A DNA stretch of 64,000 nt, from positions 768,001-832,000 of the forward strand of contig OZ244561.1 of NCBI GenBank assembly GCA_965217585.1. The letters are read 5' to 3'. This stretch comes from Candidatus Latescibacterota bacterium. GTDB taxonomy: Bacteria > Latescibacterota > UBA2968 > UBA8231. The position numbers were made by a program, and so were the translations under genes. Shown in pieces: positions 18,750-28,023 of the stretch. Numbering within the stretch: the stretch's first letter is position 1; each line of letters opens with the position of its first letter. The notes under the pieces were generated by a model that was not told the DNA's origin, ran no database searches, and was given only the letters and a program-made list of their open reading frames with translations.

Positions 18750-18784
18750 TTTACAAAATAGGATCTGGAATCCTATTTTGTAAA
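18750..18784. terminator. Perfect 15-bp inverted repeat downstream of the sulfatase (terminator or binding site)
   Basis: TTTACAAAATAGGAT-CTGGA-ATCCTATTTTGTAAA. Confidence 0.5.
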
Positions 18785-18799
18785 GAAATTTGGGCTACT

Positions 18800-20290
18800 C
18801 TATTCCGATTCCTCCAGCGCCCCGTCATAAGGCCCGGCCAGTGCCTCGCCTTGGGCTTTGATTTCTTCCAAGCGGCGCGACAGACTGCGCACGATATCCG
18901 GGTGCTGACCGTACAGATTCTGCCGCTCGGCGATGTCGTCTTTGAGGTTGAACAATTCCCCGGGAAAATTGTGGTCGCTATAGCCCCGCTCCGCCTTAAA
19001 CCAATCCGGCTCGCGGTTGTCGTCGCCGGAAGGAGCGTCGATAAAGACCCAGTCGTCTTGGCGCAGGGCAAAGCGGCCCGCACAACTGTGATGCACGGCT
19101 GAGCGGCGCACCGGCGCGTCTATCTGCCCCTGCAACAAGGGAAAGATGCTAATGCTGTCCTCGGCCGCTCCCAAGGGCAACTGAACCCCGGTCAACTGGG
19201 CACAAGTGGCCATAAAATCGCCCAACAGAGCGAGCTGGTCGCAGACCGATCCGGCCGGCGTAACGCCGGGCCAGCGGGCGACAAAGGGCACGCGGTGGCC
19301 GCCTTCCCAAGTGTCGCGCTTGGCACCGCGCAAATGGGCCATGCTGTAGTGGCCGAATTGGCGCACGTGATCGTAGCAACCGCCGGCCGCGGCTGGGCTG
19401 CACTCGGGGCCGTTGTCGCTGGTGAAGATGAGCAGCGTGTCGTCGGTCAGCCCCTGCTCGTCGAGCGCGGCCATGATTTCCCCGACCACCCAATCGACTT
19501 CGCAGACAAAATCGCCGTACAGACCCGCCCCACTGCGGCCGATGAAGTCCTGGTTGGGTACAATCGGCGTATGCGGTGAGGTCAGCGGCAAGTAGAGGAA
19601 AAAGGGATCGGAGCCAGCTTCGGCGATGTAGGCGCGGGCGCGGCGGACGAATTCGGGGACCATGTCCTCCAGTTTCCAGCCCGGCTTCATGGCTCCGGGC
19701 AGACCGAACATCTCCTCGGGCTTTTGCTCGGTCGGAGCCGCAGCCAGCCGGTCCTGCTCAAACCAAGTGTAGGGCGGGAAATTCGGCACATCGACGCCAA
19801 AGTAGTAGTCAAAGCCACACGCTAGGGGACCGCCGCCTATGGGTTGGCTGTAGTCGATATTGCGCTCTAGGGCTTGGCGCTGGTCGCGGTCGAGGCGGCC
19901 GATGGGAGCGTCTCCGCAGGCTGGTTTGCCGTCCTTGGTCGCCCATTCCCAGCCGAGGTGCCACTTGCCGATGCAGGCGGTGCGGTAGCCCTGCTGGCGC
20001 AGTAGCTTGGCCGCGGTGGGGCGGTCGGCTTCTATCAAGGGCGGATCCCAAGGCCACAGGACGCTGCTTTTGAGCGGAGTGCGCCAGCAATAGCGGCCGG
20101 TAAGCAGGGCGTAGCGGCTGGGCGAGCACACGCTGGAGGAGGCGTGAGCGTCGGTAAAGCGCATCCCTTGGGCGGCGAGGCGGTCGAGGTGAGGCGTGGG
20201 AATTTTGCAGCCGGGGTTGTTACATCCCATATCGCCGTATCCCATGTCGTCGGCGAGGATGTAGATGATATTGGGTTTTTGCCGGGGCAT
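18800..20290 (-). CDS. Sulfatase (formylglycine-dependent, arylsulfatase A-like)
   Basis: PNIIYILADDMGYGD, CSPSRYALLTGR (CxPxR), GKWHLG, FTSDNG and WEGGHRVP motifs. Confidence 0.95.
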   Translation of the reverse strand: MPRQKPNIIYILADDMGYGDMGCNNPGCKIPTPHLDRLAAQGMRFTDAHASSSVCSPSRYALLTGRYCWRTPLKSSVLWPWDPPLIEADRPTAAKLLRQQGYRTACIGKWHLGWEWATKDGKPACGDAPIGRLDRDQRQALERNIDYSQPIGGGPLACGFDYYFGVDVPNFPPYTWFEQDRLAAAPTEQKPEEMFGLPGAMKPGWKLEDMVPEFVRRARAYIAEAGSDPFFLYLPLTSPHTPIVPNQDFIGRSGAGLYGDFVCEVDWVVGEIMAALDEQGLTDDTLLIFTSDNGPECSPAAAGGCYDHVRQFGHYSMAHLRGAKRDTWEGGHRVPFVARWPGVTPAGSVCDQLALLGDFMATCAQLTGVQLPLGAAEDSISIFPLLQGQIDAPVRRSAVHHSCAGRFALRQDDWVFIDAPSGDDNREPDWFKAERGYSDHNFPGELFNLKDDIAERQNLYGQHPDIVRSLSRRLEEIKAQGEALAGPYDGALEESE

Positions 20291-20305
20291 GGCCGGTCCT
20301 TTCTT

Positions 20306-21424
20306 TCAGATGGAAATCGTTACTGATAAGCTAAATACCCGATCGACGGCACCGTTCGGTCCTGGAGCGCCGACCCAGCCGTTGGCGAGGCGGTCGTAGG
20401 CCACGATCAGCCCATCGTCTCCCCAGGGCATCAGCGCGGTGTAAGACGTACTCATGGCGGGGTCCTCTCCGGCCTGCGCGTTGCAGAAGGCGTCCGAAAA
20501 GCCCGCATTCGGCTCGACCAGTTGGTTGTGATGCACCCCCAGATTTACCCGCTCCCATTCTTCGCCCTGCCCATCGGCACAGAGCCAGAGGAACAGGCCC
20601 GGGCGGCCACCAGTCAGCACTATCGCTCCATTGCCCAATCGGGCTAGCCGTGGCTGCACCGAGGCCATCCCTTCCATGCGAACCGATGGCGACCACGTCC
20701 GGCCCTCATCCGCGCTGATGCTCTTGTGGAAGTCCCACCTACCGCCGACGCGATAGACGCACAGCAAATCGCCATTGTCCAGCCGCAGGGTGTTGGATTC
20801 GTTGGGGCCTTCGGGCGCGCCGGGCGCGGCATCCGGGCCGGCGACAATGCTGCGGTACGTCCACGCAAAGCCACCGTCGTCGCTGACTACGGCGAACGTG
20901 TTATAGCCTTCTTCCCCGTCGAATTTTCCGTACATCGTCGTCAACAGACTCCCATCCTTTAGGCGCAGGATGTTGCCGTTGTGCTGGAGCCGCAGCTCAT
21001 CCCCGTGGTAATCGGCGAGCGGGCGCGGAAAATCAAAGACCCGCACGTCCCGGGGTTCGACCGCAAGCGCACCATCAACCATCGTCAGGACGTTGCCCGG
21101 CGCGAAGCAATTTTGCCGGTCTCCCGGCGCTTGCGGCCATTGCTCGTAGGGCATCATCAACGTGCTCGACGAATCTCGGACGGAGGTGTGGCCGTACGAG
21201 TCGATGCGCTGATCCGGGTGCCAGCTACCACCGGCATCGTGGCTCACGAAAAGATCGGCTGGCCATTTCCCCTGCGCGACGTCAGCGGAGCGGATGCAGG
21301 CACAAACCAGCGCGTCGTCACCGACTCGGTGCAAGGACGGAAACCAAAAATGACCGGTGCCCTGGCCCACTTCGACCGGAGCACCTGCCCGGACGAGACC
21401 ATTTTGAAGCGGATAATCGATCAT
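20306..21424 (-). CDS. BNR/Asp-box sialidase-like beta-propeller
   Basis: Asp boxes SHDAGGSW, SDDGGFAW and SADEGRTW; also GPNES and STSYT. Confidence 0.8.
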   Translation of the reverse strand: MIDYPLQNGLVRAGAPVEVGQGTGHFWFPSLHRVGDDALVCACIRSADVAQGKWPADLFVSHDAGGSWHPDQRIDSYGHTSVRDSSSTLMMPYEQWPQAPGDRQNCFAPGNVLTMVDGALAVEPRDVRVFDFPRPLADYHGDELRLQHNGNILRLKDGSLLTTMYGKFDGEEGYNTFAVVSDDGGFAWTYRSIVAGPDAAPGAPEGPNESNTLRLDNGDLLCVYRVGGRWDFHKSISADEGRTWSPSVRMEGMASVQPRLARLGNGAIVLTGGRPGLFLWLCADGQGEEWERVNLGVHHNQLVEPNAGFSDAFCNAQAGEDPAMSTSYTALMPWGDDGLIVAYDRLANGWVGAPGPNGAVDRVFSLSVTISI

Positions 21425-21491
21425 AGCAGTTCCCTTTCTTCAATCCACCTTAGCGAACTACCTAGCCCGTCGTTCGATGAAAAGCATTCGC

Positions 21492-22247
21492 TCACTGTCC
21501 ATCGGCTACTGGCTCCGGTGGCACTGGTGCAATTTCGTGAACTACGGAGAAGGTGAAAGACGCGCTCGCCACTTCTTTGGGCCGGTCAAAAGCGTCCACC
21601 CGCAAGACCATGCCGTCGATCACAACGGTAATCGCTTGGACATCCTCGTGCAATGGGGCAAACGCCACCTTGCCGGTGTACTCTTCTCCTTTAAACACGA
21701 ACGTGTGCCGCCTGAACAAATCCTGCCGCACCAGTCCCAAGCGTTCCTGGTAGTAATAATCTTCATTGCCGCCCTTGCCGCGCCGCTCCATGTAGTAGCG
21801 CTCAAAACTGTTGTCCGCGTCGCGTTTGAGCACGGCCCAGTATGTGTATTCGCCGCCCCGGTCGGTACGCAATACCATCTTCGCCGGATCGACCATCACC
21901 TTGGGATAGCTCTGGTTGACCACCGTCATTTGGAAAATCGTAAAACGCGGCGGCGGATAGCCCCGGTCCAAGTCTCGGTCCTGCCCATAGGTAAAGGGAT
22001 TCAGATTAGGTTCGCGAAAAGTAAAGCGGGCGTATTCCTGATTTAAGCTTTGGTCGTCGAGATAGCGCAGCTTGAGGCGAAAGCCCTCCTGCTCGAAGAC
22101 CGTGGTACTGTCCTCCGGGTCGAAATAGTAAGCGGCCTCCTGCAAAAGAGCTTCCTCGGGAACCACGCCGATCTTGTAGCGCAGGTCGGGTGGGAAACGA
22201 ATGCAGCCAGCCGCCAAAAGCACCAAAAGGCCCACTCCCCACCGCAT
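21492..22247 (-). CDS. Hypothetical lipoprotein
   Basis: Lipobox MRWGVGLLVLLAAGC; TGATG overlap with the TPR gene. Confidence 0.75.
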   Translation of the reverse strand: MRWGVGLLVLLAAGCIRFPPDLRYKIGVVPEEALLQEAAYYFDPEDSTTVFEQEGFRLKLRYLDDQSLNQEYARFTFREPNLNPFTYGQDRDLDRGYPPPRFTIFQMTVVNQSYPKVMVDPAKMVLRTDRGGEYTYWAVLKRDADNSFERYYMERRGKGGNEDYYYQERLGLVRQDLFRRHTFVFKGEEYTGKVAFAPLHEDVQAITVVIDGMVLRVDAFDRPKEVASASFTFSVVHEIAPVPPEPVADGQ

Positions 22248-25200
22248 CACTCCACCACCTCCTCGCCGAAATACGTGCGTCCGATCTCGGCGCGGTTGCT
22301 GCGGGCAAACTCTAAGGCACGCCATTCTTTTTCTCTTCCTTCGAGAACTGTAACGGCCCGCTCGTAGGCTTTGGCCGCTTGACGCCAGTCGCCCAACTGA
22401 TGGTGGGAAACGCCGATATTGCAGCGTGCCGCGGCCTCGCTGGGGGTGTTGGGATAGCGCTCGATAACCTCCTGTAGCACGGCGATGGCCTGGGCAAATT
22501 CGCCGCGGTCGTAGAGCACCATGCCTTCGGTATAAAGCGAATCGGCCTCGATGTCGGCCAGATAGATCAGCACTCGGCGCGCCTGCAGGGCCTCCTCAGT
22601 TTCGGGGAAGCGCTCCATCACTTGGGTGTAGAGTTGGGTAGCCTTGGCGAACTTGCGGCCGTTGTAGTAATAATCGCCTAGGTGCAAAAGCCCTATATGA
22701 GCGCGTTCGTGCCCTGAGTAGTCGCGCGCCAAGCGCAGGAAAGATTCTTGCATGTCCTCAATGCGTTCCATCTCCAGATGGCACCAAGCTGCCCCGTACA
22801 GGGCTTCGGGCGCGTCCTTGCTGGCCGGCCAGTCGCCAACGACCCGCTCGTAGTATTCAAGGGCGTGCTCGTACTCCTTATCCCCGTAGTGCAGTTCCCC
22901 GATCAGCAACGCCGCCTCTGGTGCCTGCGGCTGATCGGGATACGCCGCGATCAATTCCTCAAAATGCGCCCGCGCTGCGGCCTGTTTGCCTTGGGCTTGG
23001 AGGCTATGTCCCAAGTAGAATAAGGCGGCGGCCCGCACCGGACGGCGCGGTTTTTGTTCCAAAGTAGTGCGGAAGGCCGTCGCCGCAGCCTCGTAGTCGC
23101 GCTGTCCCAAGGCCACGCTGCCCAGCTCAAAGTGGAGTTCGGCCGCCAGTTCCGGAGTCGACTCTAGCGCGAGCGCCTCTTCCAACACAGCCTGAGCTGC
23201 GGCCAGACTGTCCTGAGCCGACAGGGCCTTGCCCAGCAGGAGCCGCGCTGGCAAACCATAGACGCGATCCCGGTGTGCTAGCAGGGGGCGGAGTTGGGCT
23301 ATGGCTTGCCCGGCATTCCCCTGATCGAGGTAGAACTGCCCCAGCCCCAACAAGCCTTCGGCGCGGGTGGCTTCGTTTTCCAGCATGGAGCGATAGACCG
23401 GTTCCACCCGCGCGGTGTCCTCCAAGGCTTGGGCGCACAACCCCAAGGCCCGCAGCAGGATGCGCCGCTGCGCGTCGTCTAGGGCACCCTCCTCTAGGGC
23501 GGCGATCCACTCGGCCCATGCCTCTTCGTAGCGCTCTGTTTTGTACAGGCTCCACCCCAGACCAAAGCGCGCCGATGCCCGCATGGCATCCCCCAGATGC
23601 GGCAGGGCCTCGACCAACAGCGGCAACGCGCGGTCGTGTTCTCCGCGCCCCTGATACAGCAACCCCAATTGCGCTTTGAACTGGGCTTGCAAATCGGCGT
23701 CGGCCGCCGGGGCCAACTGCTGGGCAATCAGCTTTATGGCCTTATCGTTGTGCCCGTCCTGAACGTAAATCTGCGCCAACTCCATTTGCGCGTACCCGTA
23801 CTGGGGCTGCCCCCGGTCGATGGACTCCAGCATTGTACGCGCCTCCGCGACGCGCCCGGCCCGCCGGTGGCGATGCCCCAACTCCAGCGCGGCAAAGGCC
23901 CGCACTTCCTCCTCCTCGCATTGTTCCAAAATTTGTTCGTAAAGCGCATCGCGGTGCTCGTCGCGCAGCCGGGCAATCTGCAACAAGGCGCGGCAACCCA
24001 ACTCGGGATCAGCTTCCCCTGCCACTAGCCGCTCGAACTTTTCTAGTGCTGCGTCGGGGTCGTCCAACGCCTGATAGAGGTACCCCTGCCAAAACAGGGC
24101 CTCGGGCACCAAGTAGCTCTCCGCCTGTTCAAGCACTTGACCGTACTGGGCGAGAGCCTCTTTGAACAAAACCCGAGCACTATCCGGGGCCACATGCTCC
24201 TCGCCGAGGAAACGCAGGCATTCGGCTACGCGGAACACGGCTTCGTCCGTGGATACGCCGGCCTCGTCGGCAAACTCCCCGTGCGCCGTCAGGTAGAGCC
24301 GGTGCGACGCTAGCGCCTCCTGGTAGTGCCCTTCGTCAAAGAGCAGACTCATCAAGCCGGCCTGCATGCGGGCGCGGAACCCCGGCCGCTCGGCCTTTTC
24401 CGCAGCATAGCGATAGACCGCCAGACTGGCGTCCGCCCCTTGTGTCTCCTGGGCCAGCAGCGCCTGCCGCACCCAAGCCATTTCGGCGAGGTGGGGCTCT
24501 TGGGAGAAATCCCCACTGACCTTTTTGTACGCGGTGAGGGCCTCCTCGGGACGGCCTAGGGCCTTGAGCATATCGCCCCGCTTGATCCAGGCTTTGGCCG
24601 CCATGGAGCGGCGGCTCTGCCCTTCGCGCAAACCGGCCAGAGCCACGGCGGTCTTCTCCTCGTAGTTCATGCCCGCGGGATCGTAGGAGTCCGCCAGCAA
24701 CTCAAAAACGGCGAGGGCCTCCTCGTAGCGCGCCAGTTCTTCCAAAGCCAAGCCGGTCTGCAAGCGCGCCCGGTCGGCCCGAATCCCCTCGGGCTCTCCC
24801 TGCGTATAGGCGCGAAAGGCCGCCACCGCCTGCTCGTATTCCTTTAGACGAAAGAAGGCCCAGCCGAGGGTGTAGCGCGTGCGGCTGGCGTAGCGGCTGT
24901 GCGGAAACAATTCGAGCAGCATCTGTCCAGCCGCCGCGGCGTCGGCGTAATCCTCGGTTGCAAACAGGCAGTCCACCACCATGTACGCAGCCGTCTGGCG
25001 CAATTCAAACGCCTCCTCGTCGCGCAGGGCGACAAAACGTCCAGCCGCCTCTCGCAGCGCCGCGGTAGCCAGCCCGGTTAGGGAATCGGCCTCCACTGCG
25101 TTGGCCAGGGCCGCTTCCTTGTGCCACAACTGCGCCTGCTTGCGCGCCAAATTGGCCAGTTGGTAGCGCGCTGCCGCCTGCACTCCCACTCGGCGTTCAT

Positions 25201-25408
25201 CGACCGCCACGCGCACATCCGAGGCGCGCAGCAGCGCCCCGTCCGGCACGGCCAACACGCTTTCATAGATCTGCCGCGCCCCGGCGAAATCGCCGGTGGC
25301 CAACAGCCGCTGCGCCTGGGCAAAGCGCTTGCTCAGATCCTCTGGATTGGTCACTAGCTGACTGCTGGCCACCAAGCCGGCGAGCACGAGGGGAAGCCAT
25401 AGGGCCAT
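22247..25408 (-). CDS. Large periplasmic TPR protein (CpoB/BamD-like repeats)
   Basis: Signal peptide and many TPRs with xYP turns (LIAAYPDQPQAPEA, IERYPNTPSEAAA). Confidence 0.85.
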   Translation of the reverse strand: MALWLPLVLAGLVASSQLVTNPEDLSKRFAQAQRLLATGDFAGARQIYESVLAVPDGALLRASDVRVAVDERRVGVQAAARYQLANLARKQAQLWHKEAALANAVEADSLTGLATAALREAAGRFVALRDEEAFELRQTAAYMVVDCLFATEDYADAAAAGQMLLELFPHSRYASRTRYTLGWAFFRLKEYEQAVAAFRAYTQGEPEGIRADRARLQTGLALEELARYEEALAVFELLADSYDPAGMNYEEKTAVALAGLREGQSRRSMAAKAWIKRGDMLKALGRPEEALTAYKKVSGDFSQEPHLAEMAWVRQALLAQETQGADASLAVYRYAAEKAERPGFRARMQAGLMSLLFDEGHYQEALASHRLYLTAHGEFADEAGVSTDEAVFRVAECLRFLGEEHVAPDSARVLFKEALAQYGQVLEQAESYLVPEALFWQGYLYQALDDPDAALEKFERLVAGEADPELGCRALLQIARLRDEHRDALYEQILEQCEEEEVRAFAALELGHRHRRAGRVAEARTMLESIDRGQPQYGYAQMELAQIYVQDGHNDKAIKLIAQQLAPAADADLQAQFKAQLGLLYQGRGEHDRALPLLVEALPHLGDAMRASARFGLGWSLYKTERYEEAWAEWIAALEEGALDDAQRRILLRALGLCAQALEDTARVEPVYRSMLENEATRAEGLLGLGQFYLDQGNAGQAIAQLRPLLAHRDRVYGLPARLLLGKALSAQDSLAAAQAVLEEALALESTPELAAELHFELGSVALGQRDYEAAATAFRTTLEQKPRRPVRAAALFYLGHSLQAQGKQAAARAHFEELIAAYPDQPQAPEAALLIGELHYGDKEYEHALEYYERVVGDWPASKDAPEALYGAAWCHLEMERIEDMQESFLRLARDYSGHERAHIGLLHLGDYYYNGRKFAKATQLYTQVMERFPETEEALQARRVLIYLADIEADSLYTEGMVLYDRGEFAQAIAVLQEVIERYPNTPSEAAARCNIGVSHHQLGDWRQAAKAYERAVTVLEGREKEWRALEFARSNRAEIGRTYFGEEVVE

Positions 25409-28023
25409 TAGCGATCGTACCCTGCGATAAGGACAATGAAAAAGCGCGACACTCCGCCATCGCGCGTGCGCGCCACTGCGGGATCGAGGTATTCTTCGTG
25501 GCGTAGTTCAATACCCGTGTTGGAAACAATGGTATAGCCGGTGTACTTGCCCTTGACCGTGAACATTAAAACAGAGCTGGTCGAGTTCAGTTGACGCGCT
25601 TCGTCAACGCGGTCGAGGATGCGGAAGGCCAGCGGTGCCCACAACGCCCGGGCGAAGGGGATGCCCAGCCCCTGCTGCCCGAACTGCACGAGGGTGTTTT
25701 CCGTTAGTCTCAGATCGAAGCGCAGGATGGGCGCAATCTGGTTCCACGACTCTAGGGCACGCCGCCGACCACTGTGGATGGCGTGTTTGTATAAATGCTT
25801 GAGCATAGCTTGGAAGCGCAGCCGGCCACGTTCGTATGTGTAGTCCGCCTTATTGACCAAGGTGAAGGTCTGTAAGTGCGTCTCGGCGCTCAGTTGTCGG
25901 TTTAAGATCCACTGCGCGTTGTTTTCGACATTGAGCTTGGCCAAACGCTGGAACTTGGTGCCGACAAAGGAGGTGTGGACCCACGAGTTGGCCATATTCA
26001 AAGGGTCGGGCGTCGGCGGCTGATTGGGGTTGTTGTCCTCGCCAGCGCGAAAGATAAAGACCGAGTCCGGCACCGTGTCCTCGACTCGCTTGCTGTCGTG
26101 GTTGAGCTGCACGCGGCCCCAGCGCGGCACGTCGAAATGGTAGGCAACGCGCCCGTAGCGCGACACGGCCTGCCCCGGCCCAACGATCTCTTGCTGGCGG
26201 TAGTAGCCCACCCCGCCCGATAGCCCTTGCCAAGCGGGCAGGGAGACAAAGCCATGCAGGCCCTCGCGGTCGCGGTCGTAGGGATAGTCGGGCTTGTTGT
26301 CGTTTTCGCGCTCGTCGATAACGCCGTTGTTGTTCAGGTCAATGCCATAGACAAATTCCTGCGGATCGGAAAAGTAGAGCAAAAACGGCTCCTCAAAATC
26401 CGGCACCCCGTTGGCGTTTTTGTCGTCGTCGGGGATGTTGTCGTTGTCCTCGTCGAGCCCGGGAAAAACGCCGGACTCGATCTCGGGGCCATTGGGATAG
26501 TCGCGCAAATTGTCGTCGGCGTAGCGGTCGTCGTCGTCGTTGTCATCGACCAAGGGAAACTCGGACAGCATTTGCTGGTCCTTGCTCTCACCGGCTTGGT
26601 CCGTGTAGAGCCGCACCCCGCCGCGCCGACTGTCGTACCCGCCGCCATAGCGCGGCCCCATGCGGAAGACTTCCCCACCCACTTCCCACAGACCGATGTC
26701 CTTGAGCGCGTTGACGTACCAGGCCGCGTCCTGCTCGGTGCCGTGCCGACCGCGCAGCACGGGGAAACTGCGGTAGAGCAGGTTGCGCTCGTATTCGGCG
26801 CGGACTTTTAGGCCGACAAAGGTGCCTGTGAGATCAAAGCCAAAAATCGTCTGGCCGGTAGAAAGGCCGTAGTCAAATGCCACCTCGCGCCGATTGGAAA
26901 AATCCCCGACCTCTTTAGCGGCCCGCGCCTGGGTCTGGAAGGGGGTGTTGCGCGGCGTGAACTGATCGCGCAGCGCGTCGAAGAACAGATGCTCCTGCGC
27001 CACTTCGATGCGGTAGTCGTTGGCCACGGCCGCCCGGATCGCCGCCCTTTGCGGCGCAAAATCCTCCGGCAGCACAAAGATGTATTCCACGGTCTCCGCG
27101 CCGCGCACCTCCCGGAAACCATCGCCGCGGCGGCCGCCCAACACTTGCGGTTGCAGAGCTGGGTCAAAGTGGGGATTGTCGGGATCGCTGCTAACGACCG
27201 CAACCCCTTCCGGCCCCTCTCCTTCCAGTTCGATGAAGATGTCGTACACCACGGCCCCGGCCGCATCGGTTTGGGGCGAGTCGTCGCGGACGCGCACGGT
27301 AATCTGGGTCGGCGGCTGCATCTCGGGATAGGGAATGCTGCCGCGCAAAAAGCCGCCCTTGCTGCCCTGGGCTATATTGACTTGGTGCTGGTTGACAAAG
27401 GTGGCACCAAAGCGGAGCACATCGCCCACTCGGGTCTGCCAGTGCCCGGCGAAGTTGTACACTGGGTTTTGCTCTTTCAGCGAGAGAAAATCGGTGAGGC
27501 TACCGCGCCCTTGTTCCACCGGCGAGGAAAAGCTACTGAGCGTGGGAAAGAGCGACGAGTCAAAGCCGCGCGCGGTGAGCAAGGTGATCTTATTGGCCGG
27601 AAAGATCACATCCCAGCGCAGGCCATTAAAGCCGGCCTGCCGGAAGGTCATGGGGGTGAGTTCCGTGCGCACCTCGTCGCCCACGGTCAAGGCCCAATTC
27701 CACGGCCCGTACGCGTCGTGGGCAATGACTAGGTTGTTGAGCGAGCGATAGAGCGTGCCTTTGGTGATCTCGCTCAGGCCGGGCCGTTGCTCGTCCAATT
27801 GGTAGAGCATGAACCCCTCGGCGAGAAAATTGCCCAAGAAATCGTAGCGCGGCTCCAGGCGAATTTCGCGGCGATAGGGCCGGTAGAGATCTTCGCCGTA
27901 ATTGGCGTACTGGCTCAGGGGCGGGCGGCGCAGGAAATTGCGCGAAGGCTCGGCGTCGGGCAGGTCGGCCCACAGGGGGTGCCCAACCAAGGCGATCAGA
28001 AGAATCCAGCGACGGCCGCTCAT
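25408..28023 (-). CDS. Large secreted/outer-membrane protein with an Asp-rich Ca-binding (TSP3-like) insert and a beta-rich C-terminus
   Basis: Signal MSGRRWILLIALVGHPLWA. Acidic stretches DDNDDDDRYADD, DEDNDNIPDDDKNANGVPD and DLNNNGVIDE. Ends FFIVLIAGYDR. TAATG coupling on both sides. Confidence 0.6.
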   Translation of the reverse strand: MSGRRWILLIALVGHPLWADLPDAEPSRNFLRRPPLSQYANYGEDLYRPYRREIRLEPRYDFLGNFLAEGFMLYQLDEQRPGLSEITKGTLYRSLNNLVIAHDAYGPWNWALTVGDEVRTELTPMTFRQAGFNGLRWDVIFPANKITLLTARGFDSSLFPTLSSFSSPVEQGRGSLTDFLSLKEQNPVYNFAGHWQTRVGDVLRFGATFVNQHQVNIAQGSKGGFLRGSIPYPEMQPPTQITVRVRDDSPQTDAAGAVVYDIFIELEGEGPEGVAVVSSDPDNPHFDPALQPQVLGGRRGDGFREVRGAETVEYIFVLPEDFAPQRAAIRAAVANDYRIEVAQEHLFFDALRDQFTPRNTPFQTQARAAKEVGDFSNRREVAFDYGLSTGQTIFGFDLTGTFVGLKVRAEYERNLLYRSFPVLRGRHGTEQDAAWYVNALKDIGLWEVGGEVFRMGPRYGGGYDSRRGGVRLYTDQAGESKDQQMLSEFPLVDDNDDDDRYADDNLRDYPNGPEIESGVFPGLDEDNDNIPDDDKNANGVPDFEEPFLLYFSDPQEFVYGIDLNNNGVIDERENDNKPDYPYDRDREGLHGFVSLPAWQGLSGGVGYYRQQEIVGPGQAVSRYGRVAYHFDVPRWGRVQLNHDSKRVEDTVPDSVFIFRAGEDNNPNQPPTPDPLNMANSWVHTSFVGTKFQRLAKLNVENNAQWILNRQLSAETHLQTFTLVNKADYTYERGRLRFQAMLKHLYKHAIHSGRRRALESWNQIAPILRFDLRLTENTLVQFGQQGLGIPFARALWAPLAFRILDRVDEARQLNSTSSVLMFTVKGKYTGYTIVSNTGIELRHEEYLDPAVARTRDGGVSRFFIVLIAGYDR

